This document shows, piece by piece, positions 59,701 through 64,000 of a stretch of DNA of 64,000 nt. The notes beneath the pieces were generated by a model. The model had not been told where the DNA came from and did no database searches. It was given only the letters and a program-made list of their open reading frames with translations. Origin of the DNA: Catajapyx aquilonaris (taxonomy: Eukaryota); contig KZ538169.1 of the NCBI GenBank assembly GCA_000934665.2, positions 1 through 64,000 on the forward strand. Direction: 5' to 3'. Position numbers and translations under genes: made by a program. Within the stretch, counting starts at the first letter, position 1. The number at the start of each line of letters is the position of its first letter.

Positions 59701-62477
59701 ATGACCCTGTTTTGCTGCTCCGGGGAGAAAAAGGGTGTGGTGACCTTAGCTGGAAATTGGGTGCACTTTTTGACCCTTAAATTTTTTCGTGAAATTTCTG
59801 CCGCCATGTCTCGTTCCTGGGGATTTCAAATAGTTAAAAAATGACCTTTGACCTTTGACCTCACCTTTTGACCCTTTTGAAAATTTACCGCAAAAATATG
59901 GGGAGGGGGCAGGCGTTTGTGTGGCCGGAGCGGAGGAAAAACTACTACTTAGAGCTTTAGGAAACTATTTTCTAATCCTCCTATAGTTGGAATGGTGTGT
60001 GATGGCAGCCCATTTTGGATCTAATAATTCAAAGAACTCTCTTAATCGCAACAATGCAGGATTGCTAATTTAATCATTTGCCGATAGGACTAGATTGATT
60101 GGATCGTTTTTCTTAGATATCCAGCGTGTGTTCGTCTGTGTTTACTTGTTTGTTTCTTTATTGTGGTGTTTTTACTTAGGAAAAAGCAAGAGACGCAGTT
60201 CACCATAGATGGCGTCTTTGGCACTAGCTCGACGCCATCTTGGCTTAGGAGGGGGATAGCCTCTCAGTAGGCCTCTAGGGCCCTCCTAGGTTCTAATACT
60301 ATACGCTATAGCTATAGTCTAGCTAACCGCCATTTGATAGTCGCATGATTTTTGCTTGACTAATGCGGTCATGGAAGGCCCTTCCATTGCTCGACGAGGA
60401 AACGCATGCCAGTAGTGGAGTCGATACCTGTTCGGATAACACGGATACTATCGATACTTATAAGCATATTGGTACGGAAATGTTGATTCAGTCCCCTGTA
60501 ACTCCCACCCTAGCCTTATGGTGACAGTGTACTTAGAGTCTCCGCCAGCCCGGATTTGGCGCTGGCGTAGCTCACTGGGGCCGGTTGCCAGACGCACTCG
60601 GGACGCCTTCTGAACCAGCCAAACCCAAACCGTCAGAACCCTATGTCCCCGTCCGCATATTCGGCCGCTAGTGCGCCTGGCAACCCACTGAATGCCCAAT
60701 TCTGCTTGCGGAGACTCTAAGTACCCTCCCGTATCAGAGGAGTTGCTGGGAGGCTGATTTTATTCAAACGATACTATCGATGGACCTATGCGGATGGCTA
60801 GAATGGCATCTCTCCGGGTCGAGCAATGGCGGGCTTTGCAGGTGTCTTGTGCCCCATTTGTTTGTGTTTTTTTGACTGTGTTTTTTGATGCTTTGAACGA
60901 AATGCGAGACAAAAACACGCTGGGTGTGTGCCGCAGGGTTCCCGGGTTACGGCTACTTCCCGGCTCCGTCGGCGGCGGCAGCGGCGTCTGCGGCTGCTGC
61001 TGCGGCCGCCGCGGCCAATCCGGCGGAACGGGGCGGCAATCCGGCGGCTGCCGCAGCGGCCGCGGCCACCTACTACGACTACGCCTCGGCCGCAGCGGCA
61101 GCTGCGGCGGCGGCGGCGGCTGTGGCGCAGGTGTCGGTGGCGCCGTCGTCGTCTCGCAACGAGCAGAACCCCGGTGTCAACTCCTCGCCAATGCATCGCG
61201 ACTCCGTGGCCGCCGCATACGCAGCGCAGAGCCGGACGCAGGGAGGACAGCGTGAGCACCTTATCTTTACCCGAAACGCCCCTCTTGCTCCGCTCCGCAC
61301 CAACAAACCCTCTTCCGACGAAACCGTACACTTAAAACACCCACTCGATCAAGGTCTGTTCACAAGTTCACGAGAATTTACTTCTTGCTCACGCTCTAAA
61401 AAAAATAATGGCTCATTGCGACCACCTAATTCCCACCCTGGCCTTATGGGGACATTCGTGCTCTTAACAAGTCCTGTCACCCAAGGTTTGGCGCTGCAGT
61501 CGGGCACTACCAAATCGTATTCGGGCGAACGACTTATGAACTGTTCCGAACCCCCTTTCGCAGATTCGCCCACCAACTGCCCGAGTGCGCGTTGTTGCAA
61601 AATGTTTTATTCCAAATCGCATTCGGGCGGTTGGTGGGCGAATCTTCGGAAGGGGGCTGAATGGGAATATTGATGTACGTCCGAATACGATTTGGTACAG
61701 TGCGCCACATCCGGGGATGCGGAGACTCGTTAAGCGCATGCAAAAGAAGAGGGTGTTGAGAGGGGTGCGACCAATCAACACGCTTACGTTGAGCGAGAAG
61801 CCAATTCTCGGTCACGCAGTCACGCTAAAAATTGCGAGAATGACTTTTCGCGAGCTTGTGAACACGCCTGTAAGGGAGCAGACGCCACAATTTGCCCGCC
61901 ATTTTCGGTACATTTCGCGACAAAATTTGTAAGTGCCATTTCCACTTGGTTTCAGCTCCAGGCGAGTCTAGTCTCGATAGTTTGTGTTGCTAACTCCAAT
62001 CACTAATCGCATTTTGGCTGTCTTGTCGCTAGCATGCAGGCGGACTGGAGCGGGTAGATATCCGTTCTAATTGCCTGTTTACGCTCTGACGATTTGAGCC
62101 TCGGTCGCACGACCAGACGCCAGTCTGGTTGTGCGACCGAGGCTCAACTCGTGGCTTAATCAGGTTCACGCCCACTTTTACCCGCAGCTAGAACTCCCCA
62201 GAGATACTATCGACAGCCGATGCCGAATGGAAGTGTCACTTACTCGCATAATCATCGCAAGTTCATGCATTGACCTCGTGGCTTTTGCTATTTGGTTTTT
62301 GGCGAACCTGTCCCATCCTTGTCCGAACCTGCTCTAACTAATGTTGATCTGGGTGTATGTGTGGCCATGAGGACAAGCCCCTCACTCAAGTAGTCCTCCT
62401 TTCCTTCCCAGTGGACCTCCCGAATGGACAGCTCACTCCCAACAACAACACGCCGCTTCTGACGCAGGCGCTGTCGG
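1414..62477 (+). CDS. Rbp6: Musashi-family RNA-binding protein (Rbp6/MSI-like), multi-exon, 5' and 3' partial in this window
   Basis: Ten exons with canonical AG/GT ends splice in frame. They contain two RNP1 motifs (RGFGFVTF), RNP2 of RRM2 (IFVGGL), the Musashi linker [21 protein letters not shown], and [12 protein letters not shown] at the end of RRM2. The Rbp6 symbol comes from recognising the arthropod sequence, not from a search. Confidence 0.95.
4360..4570. mobile_element. MITE family A (Tc1/mariner-like, TA-flanked), copy 1
   Basis: About 70-bp near-perfect TIRs cagggtgttttccagattcgtgggtcac...gtgacccacgaatctgggaaaacaccctg, with TA on both sides. Confidence 0.8.
4612..4668. repeat. (AAT)n microsatellite, imperfect
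   Basis: Direct inspection. Confidence 0.95.
5643..5720. repeat. (GAT)n(AAT)n compound microsatellite
   Basis: Direct inspection. Confidence 0.95.
6773..6901. mobile_element. Fold-back MITE (about 58-bp arms) nested in an older TIR element (about 6703-6950)
   Basis: gtccgaaatattgtgtcgaattttcgtcccactgatagatactgctaacttagcagta / tactgctaagttagcagtatctgtcagtgggacgaaaattcgacagaatatttcggac; outer ends cactgtacccccgattatccg / cggataatcgggacacagtg. Confidence 0.7.
8748..8792. repeat. (CAG)n microsatellite, intronic
   Basis: caacaa followed by about 13 cag units. Confidence 0.95.
11868..12030. mobile_element. Dispersed repeat / MITE family F; second copy at about 38032-38151
   Basis: Shared aaggactttcgtaata...cacgctgcaccaacctac.ccatgacctaaccttccttcccggcggatacac; ends ctttcgtaata / tattacgaaag. 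Confidence 0.6.
13327..13368 (+). CDS. Rbp6: Exon, end of RRM1 and linker ([14 protein letters not shown]), 42 bp, phase 0-0; absent from the ORF track
   Basis: ctaattttcag acceptor, gtaagc donor; hallmark Musashi peptide. Confidence 0.96.
14210..14297. mobile_element. MITE family A, single-TIR remnant
   Basis: ta|cagggtgttccaagttcgtgggtcactttcttatcact... matches the TIR of 34793-35030. Confidence 0.65.
16895..17362. repeat. Three tandem copies of a unit of about 170 bp
   Basis: aatagttc...gtccagacgcgcctctg.ggcagttagtacgtccacagccggcccgtaaagttgcgag.cggcggccatcttg occurs three times. Confidence 0.8.
18815..18954. mobile_element. MITE family B, copy 2
   Basis: ggcccatttacacgatgacggtcctaac...gttaggaccggcatcgtgtaaacgggc; long inverted arms; shares interior with 511-665. 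Confidence 0.65.
19545..19610 (+). CDS. Candidate cassette exon ([22 protein letters not shown]), 66 bp, phase 0-0, in the inter-RRM linker intron
   Basis: Very long pyrimidine tract plus cgtag acceptor, GAG|gtatgt donor, 22 codons without a stop in the required frame. Confidence 0.5.
19915..21160. repeat. Degenerate ATATCGA-rich tandem repeat; also at 1-110 and about 9000-9385
   Basis: Recurring aatatcgaa.tgttgcctactagcatatcgatac.ctgatttt. Confidence 0.75.
24868..25103 (-). mobile_element. tRNA-derived SINE family 2
   Basis: Minus strand: A box tggcatagtgg, anticodon-like stem-loop tccga-ctgctaa-tcggg, B box ggttcgaatcc; TSD atacatcact at 24858-24867 and 25104-25113. Confidence 0.82.
25120..25845. 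repeat. Degenerate ggaaaccggttttcc/ggaaatccgg satellite, interrupted by a SINE
   Basis: Recurring motif with a duplicated unit ccgggaaccggtttcccatttccggaaatcc. Confidence 0.75.
25545..25764 (-). mobile_element. tRNA-derived SINE family 1, 3'-eroded
   Basis: Same body (gggagtgcaattctgcccggacatgtcgggtgaaaagc on the + strand) with B box. Confidence 0.75.
27834..28504. mobile_element. Non-autonomous TA-flanked DNA transposon (pogo/Tigger-like ends) carrying a SINE insertion; related short copy at about 2595-2688
   Basis: ta|cacttgactccggatataacagcc ... gcctgttatatccagaatcaactg|ta. Confidence 0.6.
28208..28404 (-). mobile_element. SINE family 1, 5'-truncated
   Basis: Same body; 17-bp TSD gcagaagttgg(a/c)attat at 28191 and 28405. 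Confidence 0.78.
29599..29796. mobile_element. MITE family A copy
   Basis: ta|cagggtgttccaagtatttga...tcaaatacttggcacgccctg|ta. Confidence 0.7.
31437..31724 (-). mobile_element. tRNA-derived SINE family 1, full-length
   Basis: On the minus strand: A box tggtctagtgg, B box ggttcaaatcc, same body, (taaaaa)n tail. Confidence 0.82.
32620..32985. repeat. Degenerate tandem repeat (ggatagcctc.tcccaggctc)
   Basis: tagcctc motif repeated about 10 times. Confidence 0.75.
33094..33107. other. Assembly gap (14 N); single Ns also at 1572, 39480 and 40684
   Basis: N characters adjacent to G/C homopolymers. Confidence 0.98.
34523..34740. mobile_element. MITE family A copy
   Basis: ta|caggatattcgaaatttgtgggtc...gacccacgaatttggaacaccctg|ta. 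Confidence 0.72.
34793..35030. mobile_element. MITE family A copy
   Basis: ta|cggggtgttccaagttcg...cgaacttggaacaccctg|ta. Confidence 0.75.
35039..35279. repeat. 27-bp minisatellite, about 9 near-identical copies
   Basis: Unit atactagttatattggttatatcagtg; degenerate relatives in both orientations at 34265-34520. Confidence 0.95.
35969..36061 (+). CDS. Rbp6: Exon, RRM2 start ([31 protein letters not shown]), 93 bp, phase 0-0
   Basis: ttgcag acceptor, gtgagt donor, RNP2 IFVGGL. Confidence 0.97.
36089..36194. mobile_element. Fold-back MITE family D; second copy at about 62073-62155
   Basis: gcctgtttacgcccctcacgttttgagcctcggtcg ... cgacctaggctcaaatcgtgagggcgtaaacaggc. Confidence 0.65.
36791..37535. 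repeat. About 50-bp tandem array of the GCGTGAGCGAGAA family
   Basis: Unit cccatgctggagagaatcggtggtagcgtgagcgagaagcccctgtctag; near-perfect at the left end, degenerating to the right. Confidence 0.9.
38152..38336. mobile_element. MITE family E; related copy at about 29441-29594
   Basis: Inverted arms accactttcagaaa...gtgacgtatgatggcgtttcataaag / ctttatgaaacgccatcatacgtcac...tttctgaaagtggt; shared core tcctctccct..cgcccaat.agcttcaagtatccc. Confidence 0.6.
44219..44380. mobile_element. MITE family C (TA-flanked, about 60-bp TIR), copy 1
   Basis: cagtgctggccatatatcgaggcaaccgccagcgacatttttccgaagcggcagaagaa and its reverse complement at the right end. Confidence 0.8.
44568..44616 (+). CDS. Rbp6: Exon, RRM2 ([17 protein letters not shown]), 49 bp, phase 0 to 1
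   Basis: ttttcttgtttccag acceptor, gtgagt donor; Musashi-type peptide. Confidence 0.96.
45010..46745. repeat. AT-rich degenerate (ta)gcagttat repeat; similar tracts at about 21920-22870, 26740-27830, 31080-32010, 47640-47880 (inverted) and 49090-49830
   Basis: Recurring aagcagttataaatattagtt / tagcagttattt motifs. Confidence 0.7.
46169..46501 (-). mobile_element. Retroposon (SINE family 3) with perfect 16-bp TSD
   Basis: TSD cactgagaattaagtt at 46153-46168 and 46502-46517; A-rich tail and A-box-like tggccgtgatgg head on the minus strand. Confidence 0.75.
47884..48158 (+). mobile_element. tRNA-derived SINE family 1, full-length
   Basis: A box tggtctagtgg, B box ggtcaaatcc, shared body cacccgacatgtccgggcagaattgca, A-rich tail, imperfect TSD aagtagctat. 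Confidence 0.8.
50733..50898. mobile_element. MITE family C, copy 2
   Basis: Same interior and TIR as 44219-44380; TA flanks. Confidence 0.8.
51257..51339 (+). CDS. Rbp6: Exon, RRM2 ([28 protein letters not shown]), 83 bp, phase 1 to 0
   Basis: tctcccaacag acceptor, gtgagt donor, RNP1. Confidence 0.97.
51706..52001. repeat. Tandem duplication of about 125 bp with period of about 165 bp
   Basis: aacttggcacactga.agcagtccggaccttgattg...ccacag.ggttggtaataa occurs twice. Confidence 0.8.
52790..53620. repeat. About 100-110-bp degenerate tandem array of the GCGTGAGCGAGAA family; similar array at about 41540-42170
   Basis: Recurring gcgtgagcgagaagc..atactggaacccattcgacagttgacgctaa. Confidence 0.8.
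54663..54747 (+). CDS. Rbp6: Exon, end of RRM2 ([28 protein letters not shown]), 85 bp when the donor at 54748 is used
   Basis: tttcttcctatag acceptor; G|gtgagt donor at 54748; phase 1 matches the downstream exons. Confidence 0.93.
54748..55172 (+). CDS. Rbp6: Alternative read-through terminal coding extension ([12 protein letters not shown]...YRYAPYSVP...MYPIPVGL*)
   Basis: Open frame of about 141 codons past the donor; very GC-rich with G/C-ending codons, dropping abruptly to AT-rich sequence after TAA at 55170-55172; Ala/Gly/Pro/Tyr composition typical of Musashi C-tails. Confidence 0.75.
57273..57278 (+). promoter_or_regulatory. Candidate polyadenylation signal for the read-through isoform
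   Basis: AATAAA followed about 20 nt later by GT/T-rich ttgttgtctttatg; the first canonical AATAAA I could find after the 55172 stop. Confidence 0.45.
57596..57628 (+). CDS. Rbp6: 33-nt microexon ([12 protein letters not shown]), phase 1-1; absent from the ORF track
   Basis: Strong polypyrimidine tract plus tacag acceptor, G|gtaggt donor, frame-preserving, no stop. Confidence 0.8.
57700..57783 (+). CDS. Rbp6: Exon ([29 protein letters not shown]), 84 bp, phase 1-1
   Basis: gttag acceptor, CAG|gtaact donor; Y/G/P/A-rich Musashi-like C-terminal segment. Confidence 0.88.
60490..60752. mobile_element. MITE family G; second copy at about 51423-51700
   Basis: Internal inverted repeat gtacttagagtctccgc / gcggagactctaagtac; shared ggttgccag.cgcactcgg..ggacgccttctgaacca...cagaaccct...ccccgtccgca.attc.gcc. 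Confidence 0.6.
60937..61251 (+). CDS. Rbp6: Poly-alanine-rich exon ([17 protein letters not shown]...SRTQGGQ), 315 bp, phase 1-1; 3' boundary less certain
   Basis: ccgcag acceptor; GC-rich coding-like sequence that ends at C|gtgagc (61252); begins FPGYGY as in Musashi tails. Confidence 0.75.
62412..62477 (+). CDS. Rbp6: Probable exon ([23 protein letters not shown]), 66 bp, phase 1-1
   Basis: tcctcctttccttcccag acceptor, G|gtaagc donor, open frame, symmetric phase. Confidence 0.68.
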
Positions 62478-63044
62478 GTAAGCACTCCTTCCGTACTAAC
62501 ATGTTGGCACACCCTGTACCAATCCTGCTTTTGGATGGCATGTAGCAAATAACCCTTTCTACTCGGGACACGGTTTGGGTCACAGCGAACGGGGCTGGAT
62601 AGGGGATCACATGCTCGAGCGAGAATTGGCTTCTCGCTCACGCTTTCGCTCGCGAGCTTGGGAATTCATCTTGAAGGTGTATTCACACGGTTTTCTAAGT
62701 CCGCTTCTCGCGAGCGTAAAGGTGTACTCACACGCTCGCGAGAAGCGAGTTCCCGACGTTCTAGCGTGGGCGAGAGACCGACGGACGAGGGGTGCGAGAA
62801 TTGCCATCTCTTCAAGCTCACGCGTTCGCTAAGTTAGTTTCTCGCCAGCTTGGGAAGCGAGTTCGTGACATTTTAGCGTGGGAGAGAATTGGCTTCTCGC
62901 TCTCGCTACTACGGATTCTTGCGAGCATGTGAACGCGCCTTTAAGGTGGCGGCAGGAAGCGACTTCAGGCCACGCTTTTTGGCAGCGACCAAAAGCGTGG
63001 CGAGTTGTTGCTCGCGAGCTTGTGAACACACCTATCGCTCATAA

Positions 63045-63177
63045 AGCTGTGTCTACATGCGAGCGATTTGATCGGCGATGTTGCATTGAGCGAAAGTAAC
63101 AATATGTTTTCACCCCCAGACAATTGGATCTCATCGCTGCAACATCGCTGATCAAATCGCTCGCATGTAAACGAGGT
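63045..63177. mobile_element. Fold-back MITE
   Basis: tacatgcgagcgatttgatcggcgatgttgca / tgcaacatcgctgatcaaatcgctcgcatgta inverted arms. Confidence 0.6.
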
Positions 63178-64000
63178 CGGATTGAAACCATGGAATCTTC
63201 TGATTGGATAGATCCAATTCCAATCTCCCTATGGGTCCTGTCTTGGGTTGTTTTTTTTTACCGAGCTGCCTACTCCCTGTGCTGGGTTGACGCGCATTGA
63301 ACGTATGGGCCATTCACTCGTGATAGGACCAGAGAGCCTCGAGTGAGAGAGTCGCCAACTTGTGACGTGCCGTCGGTGGCTAGAGTAGTTATGGACTGTT
63401 TGCGTGTCCTATGGAGTTGCCATCTTGCTTTGCAATGGAAAAGTGGCCGGCTCTGACGTCACGGTCGACTCCGATTGGATACAGCCAATCAGAGGCGGTG
63501 TGACGTAAGAGGTTGGCGGCTCTCTTTCTAGAGCCTCTCTAGATAGGATTGAGAAATACAAGGTGTATTAGCTATTTCGGCACTAAGCTACTTATTTTAA
63601 GCAGTTACATTAGTGGTTGTGATTAGCTGTTGATATTAGTATGAGAGGAAATTTGTCCAAAAGCTGTTAAACTTGTCATAGCCGCTTAAACTGATTAAAT
63701 AGCCAGCTTAGTGCCTCACGTGAGCAGCAGGCGTGCCTAGTGGAGTAGATCAGCTGTCAGGGGCAGTCGATACCATCGTCCACTGATGATAGCAAGTCGG
63801 CCCCTAGACGTTGATGAATTTTGGGAACTTTAGGTCGGGTCTAATTTGGCACCGATTCTTCTCCTAACCCCCCCTCCCCCCCTGTGAGATGAATCCGGCA
63901 ACGTGAGGGGTGCACCCCCTCCCTCCCCACCCTTCTCCTCAATGGCTGTTAGCAGCGGATGAGAGTCGTTAACGCTTAATGCAGAGCCGGTTCTTAATTG

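Noticed and set aside
60788..61335. Overlapping Arg/Gly-rich ORFs in other frames and on the minus strand (also 54748-55110 and 54857-55099)
   Set aside because: Shadow ORFs of GC-rich coding sequence.
61252..61673. Read-through C-terminus of the 249-aa ORF
   Set aside because: Coding-like GC bias ends at the gtgagc donor, and the extension runs through an inverted-repeat element (about 61551-61656); more likely intron.

Overview
Eukaryotic (animal, most likely arthropod/insect) genomic DNA. The whole window lies inside one large, intron-rich, + strand gene for a Musashi-family two-RRM RNA-binding protein (Rbp6/MSI-like). I reconstructed ten GT-AG exons by hand: 1414-1498, 13327-13368, 35969-36061, 44568-44616, 51257-51339, 54663-54747, 57596-57628, 57700-57783, 60937-61251 and 62412-62477. 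They splice in frame to [195 protein letters not shown]...poly-Ala...[25 protein letters not shown]. The start codon and the final exon of the long isoform are outside the window. The most interesting signals are in the isoform architecture: an alternative read-through C-terminus with its own candidate 3'UTR and AATAAA, a UAG (Musashi-element) array at the polyA-versus-splice decision point, a duplicated 3' splice site around a 33-nt microexon, candidate in-frame cassette exons in the RRM1-RRM2 linker, and a candidate poison exon. The introns hold three tRNA-headed SINE families, several MITE families, microsatellites and degenerate satellite-like repeats. Almost all ORFs in the supplied track are spurious. 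All family assignments are by eye and from memory; no database search was run.
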